A stretch of 32,000 bases of DNA from Blochmannia endosymbiont of Camponotus modoc (GTDB lineage: Bacteria; Pseudomonadota; Gammaproteobacteria; Enterobacterales; Enterobacteriaceae). The position numbers and the translations under genes are program-made. Where the stretch lies: positions 1 to 32,000 of the forward strand of contig NZ_CP097765.1 of assembly GCF_023585785.1 (NCBI RefSeq). Reading direction: 5' to 3'. Under the pieces are notes generated by a model. That model was not told the origin of the DNA, did no database searches, and worked only from the letters and a program-made list of their open reading frames with translations. Positions 10,379 through 19,572 of the stretch are shown piece by piece (within the stretch, counting starts at the first letter, position 1; each line of letters opens with the position of its first letter).

Positions 10379-10968
10379 TTATATCTCCAAAAAATTTTTT
10401 ACTAATTGTTGCCCAGGCATTCCTGATTTTTCTGGATGAAATTGTACACCAAAAAAATTTTTATATTTTATAACTGAACTAAATAATTGTCCGTAATTTG
10501 TTTGAGAAATTGTTACAGAACATATTTCTATGAAATAACTATGTGCAAAATAAAAATAATCATTTTCTTTTATACCATAAAATAAAAAATGTTTTTTCGG
10601 AATAGTAATAGTATTCCACCCCATATGTGGCAGGGGAAAACCGTGGTATTGCATACGTTTAACAGGTGTATTAATAATGTTTAAAGTGTTTACACCATTA
10701 TTTTCAGAACTTATGGATCCAAATAACTGCATTCCTAAACAAATACCCAATATTGGTTTAGTACAATTTTGTATTAATGTAATTAGATTTTTTTTTTTAA
10801 TTGTTTCATCGCAGATGAAGCAGCGCCTACTCCCGGTAAAAACAGTTTGTCCGCCTGAGATATAACATCGGCTCTGTTACTTATTATTGGGTTGTGTCCT
10901 AATCTATGCAGCATGGTTTTTACAGATAATAAATTAGAGCAGTTGGTGTCTATAATAACTATATTCAT
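10379..10968 (-). pseudogene. hisH: Imidazole glycerol phosphate synthase glutaminase subunit, split into two frames by a 1-nt length change in an A11 tract. It is possibly expressed through slippage.
   Basis: The ORF at 10783-10968 (61 aa, [17 protein letters not shown]...LFLPGVGAA) corresponds to HisH residues 1 to about 58. The ORF at 10379-10750 corresponds to the rest, including the catalytic GICLGMQ and VQFHPEKSG. Adding one A to the tract gives ..[26 protein letters not shown].., which aligns without gaps to E. coli [26 protein letters not shown]. Confidence 0.9.
10788..10798 (-). repeat. Homopolymer: T11 on the + strand, A11 in the hisH sense strand. This is the site of the hisH frame break.
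   Basis: Counted directly: ...AGA TTTTTTTTTTT AATTG... The upstream frame reads TTA AAA AAA AAA ATC TAA. The downstream frame requires 12 A (or 9 A). Confidence 0.95.
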
Positions 10969-12035
10969 AGCAATGTTCCTTTAGAGCTTGGTATGTTATC
11001 ATTGTCTATGTAAATGGCTTGACGTAATGATCGTCCGAAAGATTTAAATAAACTTTCTGCTTTATGATGATCATTCTTGCCAGTTGCTTGTAAATGTAAA
11101 GTACAACCCATTTTTGAAGATAATGAACGAAAAAAATGTTCTATCATTTCAGTACTGAGATCTCCTATTTTTTGAAAAGTATAGTTAGCTTCATAGTAGA
11201 AGTATGTTCGCCCAGAAAGATCTAATACACATTGCGCAATACTTTCATCCATAGGTAAGGTAAATCCGAACCTTCCAATGCCACGTTTGTTGCCCAATGC
11301 AACGTTTAAAGCTTTTCCTAATGTTAAAGCTGTATCTTCTACAGTATGATGATCATCTACATGTAAATCGCCTTTTGCTGTAATATTCATACATAATCCA
11401 GCATGCACAGCTATTTGCTGTAACATATGATTAAAAAAATTAATACCAGTATTAATGTAACTTTTATTGTTTTGATCTAACCATATCGTGATGTCTATAT
11501 TAGTTTCTTCAGTGGTGCAATGAATATGTGCTGATCTGTGACGTTGCGTTAAATAGTTTTTAATTTTTTTCCAACCAAAATTAGTACGATTATATTGTAT
11601 TCCTTGAATATCCATATTAGTTGCTAAAATCATATCAGTATTTCGATCTCCGATAACATAACTATTAAATTTATTTAATTTGTTATCGATTAGCCAAGAA
11701 CTTACTAATGCAGTTTTTGGTTTACGACAACTACATTGTTCTTCAGGAAGATGAGGGCAAATTAGTATTTGATTGAATTTAATACCCTGAGATTGAAATA
11801 TTTGAATCATTAGACGATGCGGTTTATCAAATTTTTCTCTAGGAAATGAAGCACTTCCTAATCCATTTTGATTAGTAACTATAACAAATTCAAAACCTAT
11901 ATTTTTCAACGCTATAAGAGCAGGAATCACATATGGTTCCAATGAGAATTTGTCTAAAGAATCGATTTGAAAATTGTCTTTTGGTTCATTAATTAAGGTT
12001 CCATCACGATCTATAAATAAAACTTTATGATTCAT
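10965..12035 (-). CDS. hisB: Bifunctional histidinol-phosphatase / imidazoleglycerol-phosphate dehydratase (356 aa)
   Basis: HAD-type N-terminus [18 protein letters not shown] and CSCRKPK. Dehydratase half [40 protein letters not shown] and [15 protein letters not shown]. Its stop overlaps the hisH start (ATGA). Confidence 0.96.
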   Translation of the reverse strand: MNHKVLFIDRDGTLINEPKDNFQIDSLDKFSLEPYVIPALIALKNIGFEFVIVTNQNGLGSASFPREKFDKPHRLMIQIFQSQGIKFNQILICPHLPEEQCSCRKPKTALVSSWLIDNKLNKFNSYVIGDRNTDMILATNMDIQGIQYNRTNFGWKKIKNYLTQRHRSAHIHCTTEETNIDITIWLDQNNKSYINTGINFFNHMLQQIAVHAGLCMNITAKGDLHVDDHHTVEDTALTLGKALNVALGNKRGIGRFGFTLPMDESIAQCVLDLSGRTYFYYEANYTFQKIGDLSTEMIEHFFRSLSSKMGCTLHLQATGKNDHHKAESLFKSFGRSLRQAIYIDNDNIPSSKGTLL

Positions 12036-12051
12036 GAGCGCTCCTATTTAT

Positions 12052-13128
12052 CTATATAGATAATGATGCGACATGTAATTTTTTTAAAACAGAAACTACG
12101 TGTTTGCATTCATTATATGTGCCGACAGTAATACGCAAGCAATTAACTAATCCTGGTTGGTTGCTTTGATCTCTTAAAACTATTCCTTGATGCAATAATG
12201 TCTTAAAAACCTGATATTTTGGATTGAATTTAACCAATACATAATTAGCGTTACTATTAAATACTTGTTGAACACAAGAACATTTTTTTAAGCCTGTAAT
12301 TAATATGTTTCGGTTTGTATTGACTGTAGCTATTCTGTTCTGGGTGTATTGTATGCTTGTAGGGGTTAGAGCTTGTTCTGCGATATCAATTACTGGAGTA
12401 GACAATGGGTATGGTGCGATCACTTTTTCTAATAATTTAATAATTTCTGGATTAGCTAAAGTGAAACCACAGCGCAATCCTGCTAACGCGAAAGCTTTAG
12501 ATAAAGTTCTTAAGATAACTAGATGAGGATACATTGATAGCCAACGTACTAAGCTTGCGTCCGGGCAAAAATCAATATATGCTTCATCGGTTACTAATAA
12601 CGCTCGGTTTTGAATAATGTTTAATAACTTTTTTAAACTATTTAAATGAATAATGTTACCAGTAGGGTTGTTTGGGTTACAAATATAAATTAATTTAACA
12701 TTGTTTAGTTGTGATTCAATGGATGCTAAATCGAGTTGCCAGTTTTTCTTTTTAGGTATAATCCGATAATTAATTCCTAAAATTTCTGCAGTGGTTTTAT
12801 ACATACCGTATGTCGGTGGGCAAAATATAATAACGTCTTTTCCAGGATTACAAAAAACTTTCATTAATAATTCAATACTTTCATCGGCTCCTCTCGACAC
12901 TAAAACTTGATCAGATCGAACCCCAGCATAATAAGCATAATTGTTAATCACTTCTTGTGGTTGACAAGTAGGATATCTATGAATTTTTTTATAACGAAAT
13001 TGATAGTTGGGAGAGATTGGAAATTCATTAGCGTTCAGCCATATGTTACCTGAATGTGTGCATTTTCTAGCAGATTGATAAGGTTTAAGAGTCAATATAT
13101 TATTCCTAGCCAAGTAACGAACGTTCAT
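12052..13128 (-). CDS. hisC: Histidinol-phosphate aminotransferase (358 aa)
   Basis: LKPYQSARK, WLNANE, VLVSRGADESIELL, CNPNNPTG and TLSKAFALAGLRCGFTLAN (PLP lysine motif), colinear with E. coli HisC. It overlaps the hisD 3' end by 23 nt. Confidence 0.95.
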   Translation of the reverse strand: MNVRYLARNNILTLKPYQSARKCTHSGNIWLNANEFPISPNYQFRYKKIHRYPTCQPQEVINNYAYYAGVRSDQVLVSRGADESIELLMKVFCNPGKDVIIFCPPTYGMYKTTAEILGINYRIIPKKKNWQLDLASIESQLNNVKLIYICNPNNPTGNIIHLNSLKKLLNIIQNRALLVTDEAYIDFCPDASLVRWLSMYPHLVILRTLSKAFALAGLRCGFTLANPEIIKLLEKVIAPYPLSTPVIDIAEQALTPTSIQYTQNRIATVNTNRNILITGLKKCSCVQQVFNSNANYVLVKFNPKYQVFKTLLHQGIVLRDQSNQPGLVNCLRITVGTYNECKHVVSVLKKLHVASLSI

Positions 13129-14437
13129 TTTGTTCCTTGATATAGTTTATACGATGTGCTATGGCATATTCATGAGCTTTTAATTGTTCGATTTGTGTTA
13201 ATGTTGTAATGGTTGATGATAGTTTCAGTAATCCATTTTGGGTTAATTGTTGTACCGATATTCTTTTTTGAAAATCTATAACTCCTAGACCAGATGTGGT
13301 AACTGCGCGCCCGTATGTAGGTAAGACGTGATTAGGCCCGCTTGCATAATCTCCAGCAGTTTCCGGAGACCAATTTCCAAGGAATATTGATCCAGCATTC
13401 ATGATGTAATGTAAATAATCTGATGCATTTTCAATTTGAATAATCAAATGTTCTGGAGCATAGCTATTACTTATAGAAAAACATTCCATTAAATTGTTAG
13501 TAATGATCATGCGACTATTCAATAATACATTATTAATTATATCATTTCGTGGTAGTATCTTTAATTGTTTATGTAGCTCTTTTTTTGTTTGTTCTGCAAT
13601 ATACGAGTGGGGCGTTATAAGTATTACGTGTGAATCAGGTCCGTGCTCTGACTGTGACAAAAGATCTGCTGCGATAAAAATAGGATTAGCCGTATTATCT
13701 GCAATAATTAATATTTCGGAAGGTCCAGCTAACATATCAATAGCAGCTCCATTTGGAGCGAGATTAATTTGTCGTTTTGCTTCTGTAACCCATATATTAC
13801 CTGGTCCAAATATCTTATCCACTTTCGGAATAGACTCAGTGCCAAATCCCATAGCGGCTATAGATTGACTACCTCCTACTTGATAAATTTCGTCAATACC
13901 ACAAAGTCGTGCGGTATATATAATTACGTCCGGAATTGGTGGGGGTGAACATAATATTACACGTTTACATTGCGCAATACGAGCAGGGATACCTAACATC
14001 ATTACTGTCGACAACAGCGGTGCAGTTCCTCCTGGTACATATAATCCAACAATATTTAATGGGCGAATAATTTGTTGGCAATATACGCCTGGAAGAGTTT
14101 CCACGATTACCTCTGAATAACATTGTGCTTGATGAAACCGTGTTATATTGGTCATGGCGGTATGTATTGCTTGTTTTATTTCATTAGACAAGTTACGTCC
14201 CGAATTCATGATCATTTCAGTTGGGATTTGTAATTGTGTAGTTTGTACGTTGTCAAAATCAAAATTAAATTTAAATAAAGCACGATCGCCTTCGTTATAA
14301 ACTTTTGTAAGTATATTTTTAACATTTATACAAATATCGTTTAATTTGTTATTTATTGGACGGGTAAGCAGTGTTTTTTGTTCAGATTTAGAACAATCAT
14401 TCCAATGAATAGATATAGGATGTTCATGAGCAATCAT
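13106..14437 (-). CDS. hisD: Histidinol dehydrogenase (443 aa)
   Basis: GLYVPGGTAPLLSTVMMLGIPARIA, KVDKIFGPGNIWVTEAKRQ, AAIDMLAGPSEILIIAD, LLSQSEHGPDS, YAPEHLIIQ and GDYASGPNHVLPTYG, full length versus E. coli HisD. Confidence 0.96.
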   Translation of the reverse strand: MIAHEHPISIHWNDCSKSEQKTLLTRPINNKLNDICINVKNILTKVYNEGDRALFKFNFDFDNVQTTQLQIPTEMIMNSGRNLSNEIKQAIHTAMTNITRFHQAQCYSEVIVETLPGVYCQQIIRPLNIVGLYVPGGTAPLLSTVMMLGIPARIAQCKRVILCSPPPIPDVIIYTARLCGIDEIYQVGGSQSIAAMGFGTESIPKVDKIFGPGNIWVTEAKRQINLAPNGAAIDMLAGPSEILIIADNTANPIFIAADLLSQSEHGPDSHVILITPHSYIAEQTKKELHKQLKILPRNDIINNVLLNSRMIITNNLMECFSISNSYAPEHLIIQIENASDYLHYIMNAGSIFLGNWSPETAGDYASGPNHVLPTYGRAVTTSGLGVIDFQKRISVQQLTQNGLLKLSSTITTLTQIEQLKAHEYAIAHRINYIKEQNERSLLG

Positions 14438-14441
14438 AATA

Positions 14442-15341
14442 TTATTCCATCATTTTTTCTATTGGTAATACTAAAATAGAACTAGCTCCAAGATTTTTTA
14501 AATTTTCCATTGTTTCCCAAAATAATGTTTCATTACTTACCATGTATATTGCTACACGATGTTGATTGCCTGCTAATGGTAATACTGTTGGACTTTCTGC
14601 TCCAGGTAGTAAATTAATAATTTCCTCTAGTTGTTCAGCAGGGGCATGCAGCATGATGTATTTAGATCCCCTGGCTTGGATTACTCCTTGAATACGAATT
14701 ATTAATTTGTTGATTAGTGATTGTTTTATGTTGGATAATTCTCCAGATCGTTGAATAAGACACGCTCTAGATCGATAGATTACTTCTACTTCATGTAATC
14801 CATTAGCTTCTAACGTAGCTCCGGTAGACACGAGATCACAAATTGCATCTGCTAATCCAGCGCGTGGTGCTACTTCTACTGATCCATTTAATAAACAAGA
14901 TTTAAAATGAATACCTAATTTATCTAAATATTGTTTCAGAAGATGTGGGTATGAAGTGGCAATTCGTTTTCCTTGTAAGGATTTTGGACCGTTCCATGGT
15001 TCATCTATGGGTAAGGCCATAGATAACCGACAATCTCCAAAATCTAATCGGAGTAACATAATGTAGCAAGGATTATCTCCTTGCGATCGTCTCGTTAATA
15101 ACGCTTCTTCTAATACATTTTCTCCGATAATACCTAAATCTACTATGCCGTCCATAACTAAACCAGGAATATCATCATCTCGCACTCGCATTATATCGAT
15201 AGCCATGTTTTCCGCAAACGCTAATAGACGTTGTTGTTGTAAATTAATTTTAATTCCACATTGTTCAAGAAGTTGTTGGGATTCTTTGCTCAATCTTCCT
15301 GATTTTTGCATTGCTATTCGTAACCGCGATCTATCCAGCAT
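14442..15341 (-). CDS. hisG: ATP phosphoribosyltransferase, long form (299 aa)
   Basis: [59 protein letters not shown] and [14 protein letters not shown], colinear with E. coli HisG (299 aa). It is the first gene of the operon. Confidence 0.96.
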   Translation of the reverse strand: MLDRSRLRIAMQKSGRLSKESQQLLEQCGIKINLQQQRLLAFAENMAIDIMRVRDDDIPGLVMDGIVDLGIIGENVLEEALLTRRSQGDNPCYIMLLRLDFGDCRLSMALPIDEPWNGPKSLQGKRIATSYPHLLKQYLDKLGIHFKSCLLNGSVEVAPRAGLADAICDLVSTGATLEANGLHEVEVIYRSRACLIQRSGELSNIKQSLINKLIIRIQGVIQARGSKYIMLHAPAEQLEEIINLLPGAESPTVLPLAGNQHRVAIYMVSNETLFWETMENLKNLGASSILVLPIEKMME

Positions 15342-15475
15342 GATATTTTACCTTATGTCAACAATTTTCCATTACTAAATACTTTTTTAAAATTCTTGCA
15401 ACAGAAGTACCTTTGATATTATTAATAAACAAAATATTAAAAAATGATTTCTATTGTTAAATGTGTTTGAAGGAT

Positions 15476-15505
15476 TTAGTCAGGGTAATGATGATAAATT
15501 AACAT
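15476..15505 (-). promoter_or_regulatory. hisL: Vestigial his leader peptide ORF (hisL relic): ATG TTA ATT TAT CAT CAT TAC CCT GAC TAA = MLIYHHYPD*
   Basis: The stop lies 134 nt upstream of the hisG ATG, in the same position and orientation as enterobacterial hisL. The 3' end CAT CAT (TAC) CCT GAC stop mirrors E. coli hisL ...CAT CAT CCT GAC TAG (peptide MTRVQFKHHHHHHHPD). AGGAAG lies 12 nt upstream of the ATG. Only 2 His codons remain. Confidence 0.55.
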
Positions 15506-15860
15506 ATGAAGTACAGTCTTCCTATTGAACATTTTTTATTACTTTAATATTTTAACGAATATAATTAAATTTGTATAGGGTTGAATGTTATAAAAGTTAC
15601 TTTATTTATATACGTATATAATTAATGTCTTAATTAAATTAAAAATTATTTTAAAATATTAGCTCGCATACTTGAGAAGTAATTATGTAATAATCCAAAT
15701 ATGTAGTTATATATTGCGTATGTTAGTATGATATGCATGTATTATAGTGTATATTGTTAGTATAAATTATGTGATTTTTTTTGCAAATTTTTTTCATATA
15801 TTTTAGTTCAGATTAAGGTATATCGCATTATGTATATATGAAAAAATTAAAAATTAATTT

Positions 15861-17363
15861 TTAATGAAAATGAAAATAAGCTTCATAAAGATATTGATAA
15901 TATTTTTGTAATGCATGTAAAAGTGTAATTTTTTGATCATTATATTTATAGATTGACAGAAGTTGATTCAGTTTATCGTTATAAGATTTTGATTGATCTT
16001 TATTAAATAATTTATTTTTTTTATAGTTCAACCATTTTTTTTGTTCTTGGTCATTTAAAGTATTAGGAAAATTTCGGGCTCTATAGTAGAATAACAGTGA
16101 TTTTAAACGAGTATCAACGTGGTCAGTGCATAAATTTTTTAACTCTTTTGCATGAGTTTTACGGATACTTTCAATTATTTTGCGATCAGAATTATTGAAG
16201 AATTTGTGATATAGTTGACTGTCTACATGAAGATTATTGTATAGATTTTGTTGATTGATGTAAGCTCCTATAATGGTATATAGTGTGTTTATTTTATTAC
16301 GTAGATAGACGCTATTTTCATGCATTCTAATAAAATTTAAGTTTTTTAAACAGTATTGATAGTTGATGGAGAGCTGCATGGTATAAGCAGTGTTAATATT
16401 TTTTTTGTCAAAAAAGTTTATTGGTATTAAAATGGGGCACGCATTTAATCGAATCAATCGTAGTGGTATTTTTTTAAAAATATCATATATCGTTGTGTGA
16501 TTAGAATATAATTTTTGATATATCGTATTAATATTTAAATTAACTAAAGTATCTATATCACCATTTAAATCACATGCTATTAAAATGTTAGGATTTGTAG
16601 GATGTCGAGCGATTGGAGCTATATGAGTTATAAAATTTTTGTATTTATTATTTATTTTATTCATTATAAATATCAGAGGATTCATGGTATCTAGATCGAT
16701 TATTTTTTGTAATTGATATTTGGTGCGATGATCAAATAGAAATTGAAATAATTGTGGCTGAACTTCTTTTATTAATTTTGTTAATTCTAAAGTAGCGTAT
16801 ACATCTGACATAGCGTCATGTGCGCTGAGATGTTTTATAGAATTTGCTTGTGCTAAATCTTTCAGACGAAAACTGGGTTTATTTTGAGTGTTCAATGGCC
16901 ATATAATACCATTTGGACATAGTGAATAACAAGCACGTAGCACATGTAATAAGTCCCATCGGGAATTTCCTCGCTGATAAGCCCATAAGTAAGGGTCATG
17001 AAAATTTCTATAAAAAATGTTTCTACTGAATTCATCGTCAAAATGAATATTATTGTATCCAAGGATACAAGTTTTAGGGATACAAAATAATTGATGAATA
17101 CGACGAGCGAACTCAGATTCAATCAATCCATGACGTAAAGTATCTTGAGGAACGATTCCTGTAATGAGGACAGATTGCGGATCGGGGAGGTAATCATTTG
17201 ATAAGCGACAGAAGAAGACTTCTTCTTTTTCTATAGGTTTTAATGCGGAATTCGTACGAATTCCGGCAAATTGCGCTGGCCTATCTAGCGCTGGATTGAT
17301 GCCAAAAGTTTCATAATCATAAATAAAAAAACTAGGTTGTGTAACATTAACACGCATGAGCAT
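15861..17363 (-). CDS. sbcB: Exodeoxyribonuclease I (500 aa)
   Basis: DEDDh motifs are conserved: FIYDYETFG, ILGYNNIHFDDEFSRNIFYRN and SAHDAMSDVYAT. Also LDRPAQFAGIRT and YRARNFP, colinear with E. coli SbcB (475 aa). The C-terminal half is strongly K/N/Y/I enriched. Confidence 0.94.
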   Translation of the reverse strand: MLMRVNVTQPSFFIYDYETFGINPALDRPAQFAGIRTNSALKPIEKEEVFFCRLSNDYLPDPQSVLITGIVPQDTLRHGLIESEFARRIHQLFCIPKTCILGYNNIHFDDEFSRNIFYRNFHDPYLWAYQRGNSRWDLLHVLRACYSLCPNGIIWPLNTQNKPSFRLKDLAQANSIKHLSAHDAMSDVYATLELTKLIKEVQPQLFQFLFDHRTKYQLQKIIDLDTMNPLIFIMNKINNKYKNFITHIAPIARHPTNPNILIACDLNGDIDTLVNLNINTIYQKLYSNHTTIYDIFKKIPLRLIRLNACPILIPINFFDKKNINTAYTMQLSINYQYCLKNLNFIRMHENSVYLRNKINTLYTIIGAYINQQNLYNNLHVDSQLYHKFFNNSDRKIIESIRKTHAKELKNLCTDHVDTRLKSLLFYYRARNFPNTLNDQEQKKWLNYKKNKLFNKDQSKSYNDKLNQLLSIYKYNDQKITLLHALQKYYQYLYEAYFHFH

Positions 17364-17628
17364 AATGATGTGAGCTGTTTTGATTGAATAATCATTGAAT
17401 TATTTATTAAAATTATAATAATTTAATTGGATTTAATTGTATATATAATATCTATTATATATGGGTGTTTTAATTTATTATTGTTACTAATAGTCTAATT
17501 ATAAATATCTACAATATGTAATGACATTACATGATACTGATAATGTTTGTTATATTAATCTTTAGTTTGATTTAATTAGGGATATGAAGTTTTAATATAA
17601 GGATGTTTGCAATAAATATAAATAGGAT

Positions 17629-17958
17629 ATGATTATGAGAGATAATGTTAATCAATCATTTTATGATGTATTAGAATTTGTGCGTATATTTCGTCGTAAA
17701 AATAAACTGCAACGAGAAATTGTTGATAATGAAAAAAAAATTCGTGATAATCAAAAGAGAATGTTATTGCTGGGTGATTTAAGTGATTATATTAAGTCTG
17801 AAACTTCTATAGAAGGAATACAAGTTATTATTGCTAATATGCGTAATGATTATGAAGATCGAGTAGATGAATATATTATAAAAAATGCAGAGTTATCAAA
17901 AGAGCGTCGTGAGTTGTCAAAAAAATTAAAAAATTTTAAAGAATCTACAACTGATTAG
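17629..17958 (+). CDS. yeeX: UPF0265 / DUF496 family protein YeeX (109 aa; 107 aa if translation starts at the ATG at 17635)
   Basis: [44 protein letters not shown] and [21 protein letters not shown] are near-identical to E. coli YeeX. AGGA at 17624-17627 is better spaced for the second ATG (17635). Confidence 0.93.
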   Translation: MIMRDNVNQSFYDVLEFVRIFRRKNKLQREIVDNEKKIRDNQKRMLLLGDLSDYIKSETSIEGIQVIIANMRNDYEDRVDEYIIKNAELSKERRELSKKLKNFKESTTD

Positions 17959-18438
17959 ATTTAATGATTGTTGGTTTTTAAAAATGTTTATTTTTTCATT
18001 ACATAGAAAATGTGTGTAATGTTTAGATACATAAATAAGAAAGATGCTTCATTTTCTAAATAAAGTATCATAGGTAATAAGTTTATAAAAACAAAAGTAT
18101 TATTGTTTCTTATTTATGATCATGGAATATGAAATATCATATTTATAATATTGTTGCAATTTAATAAAAATATAATATGGTGATCGTTAATTTCAAATTA
18201 CATTTTTGTGATATATTTAACGTTGATTAAAGTATTTGTAAATATTAATTATTTTAATATAGAATGTTATTTTTTTGGTTGGGTTTTTGTTAACTAAGGT
18301 AAAATCTATTTTGAATGTTTGTTATTTGTATTATATCCGGCAGATATATGTATTCCAATGTTATAAGAAGGACGTAACTTATATTAAATATGAGTTGTTT
18401 ATGGTGTTATAGATTTTATATTTATCACTTTGATAATT

Positions 18439-19416
18439 ATGGTAACAATTAATGATGCATTGTTATTGGAATATGCTAAAGAAACTTTAGAGATCGAAAT
18501 TAACGAAGCTCAAAGAATGTTAGATAGGTTGGACGAAAGTATTGTGTTTGCTTGTCGTATGTTGTTAAATTGCACGGGAAAGGTTGCTGTTTCTGGTATA
18601 GGTAAATCCGGTCATATTGGAAAAAAAATTGCTGCTTCTTTAGCTAGCACGGGTACTCCAGCTTTTTTTGTTCATCCTGCAGAAGCTTTGCACGGTGATT
18701 TAGGTATGATTGGAACACAAGATGTAGTAATGTTTATTTCTTATTCGGGTCGTTCTTGTGAAATAATCACTTTGATGCCGTTGTTAGCGGATAGCGGTAT
18801 TCCTGTGATTGCATTTACTGGAGATGTGAGTTCTCCTTTAGCTCAAGGAGCTACATGTGTTCTTAATATAAAAATACAAAGAGAAGCCTGCCCTATGGAG
18901 CTTTCTCCCACTGCAAGCGCAGTTAATACTTTAATGATGGGTGATGCGTTAACAATGGCGCTTATGAGGCATAGGGGTTTTAGTTTAGAACAATTTGCTC
19001 GATCTCATCCAGGGGGTAGATTAGGAGCGCAATTGCTAAATTGTGTACATCATTTGATGCGCACTGGAGAACAAATTTCGAAAGTTTTTTGGAAAGTTAC
19101 AGTAATGGATGCTATGTTTGAATTAAGTCGTACTGGTCTTGGGCTAACTGCTGTATGTGATAACCACAATGGTGTTATAGGAGTATTTACTGATGGAGAT
19201 TTAAGACGCTGGATAGTACAAGGTAAATCTCTTGATGATCCTGTTGATATTGCTATGACTAATCCTGGATATTGTATTCCGAAAGAATGGCGCGCAAGCG
19301 TAGCATTACAAGCTTTGTATCAGAGGAAGATTACCGCAGCGCCAGTAGTGGATAAATTAGGAAGATTAGTTGGATCAATTAACATGCATGATTTGCATCA
19401 AGCTGGGATAGAGTAA
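18439..19416 (+). CDS. gutQ: Arabinose-5-phosphate isomerase, GutQ-type (SIS + tandem CBS domains, 325 aa from the ATG at 18439)
   Basis: GKVAVSGIGKSGHIGKKIAASLASTGTPAFFVHPAEALHGDLGMI, REACPM.L.PT.S.VNTLMMGDAL, FARSHPGG, GLGLTAVCD, GVFTDGDLRRW and RKITAAPVVD...QAGI. As I recall the sequences, these are closer to E. coli GutQ than to KdsD. The ORF track starts at the TTG at 18430; the ATG at 18439 matches the E. coli N-terminal length better. Confidence 0.9.
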   Translation: MVTINDALLLEYAKETLEIEINEAQRMLDRLDESIVFACRMLLNCTGKVAVSGIGKSGHIGKKIAASLASTGTPAFFVHPAEALHGDLGMIGTQDVVMFISYSGRSCEIITLMPLLADSGIPVIAFTGDVSSPLAQGATCVLNIKIQREACPMELSPTASAVNTLMMGDALTMALMRHRGFSLEQFARSHPGGRLGAQLLNCVHHLMRTGEQISKVFWKVTVMDAMFELSRTGLGLTAVCDNHNGVIGVFTDGDLRRWIVQGKSLDDPVDIAMTNPGYCIPKEWRASVALQALYQRKITAAPVVDKLGRLVGSINMHDLHQAGIE

Positions 19417-19496
19417 TTATCTAACTTTGTCCGTATACAGATAAAAAGTCAGATAATTATAAAATTAAGGAAATATTTTTACTTAATTTTATCATC

Positions 19497-19572
19497 TGGC
19501 TCCTCTGACTGGGCTCGAACCAGTGACATACGGATTAACAGTCCGCTGTTCTACCAACTGAACTACAGAGGA
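19497..19572 (-). tRNA. tRNA-Asn, anticodon GUU, 76 nt, CCA encoded
   Basis: The minus strand reads TCCTCTGTAGTTCAGTTGGTAGAACAGCGGACTGTTAATCCGTATGTCACTGGTTCGAGCCCAGTCAGAGGAGCCA. It is nearly identical to E. coli tRNA-Asn, with anticodon loop CUGUUAA. Confidence 0.95.

Noticed and set aside
10379-10750. Treating the 123-aa and 61-aa hisH fragments as two independent genes (a split glutaminase)
   Set aside because: The start of the 123-aa ORF is a TTG that corresponds to an internal Leu (..[10 protein letters not shown]). It has no ribosome-binding site. The two pieces join perfectly when one A is added in the A11 tract. A frameshifted single gene is the simpler reading.
10677-10865. 62-aa + strand ORF spanning the hisH frameshift region
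   Set aside because: It is antisense to hisH and exists only because of the local composition and the T-run.
12305-13868. + strand ORFs at 12305-12526 (73 aa) and 13494-13868 (124 aa) inside hisC and hisD
   Set aside because: They are antisense shadow ORFs. The 124-aa one is long only because hisD is comparatively GC-rich and depleted of antisense stops.
15356-15361. Consensus TTGACA (minus strand) 15 nt upstream of the hisG ATG as a promoter -35 element
   Set aside because: A matching -10 would fall inside the hisG coding sequence. In DNA this AT-rich, hexamer-based promoter calls are unreliable, so I report no promoters.
15145-15378. 77-aa + strand ORF overlapping the hisG 5' end
   Set aside because: It is an antisense shadow ORF. 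It would also run across the hisG start and leader region.
16892-17122. 76-aa minus-strand ORF inside sbcB in a different frame
   Set aside because: It is an out-of-frame overlap with a region of sbcB that aligns well to E. coli ExoI, and it has no independent support.
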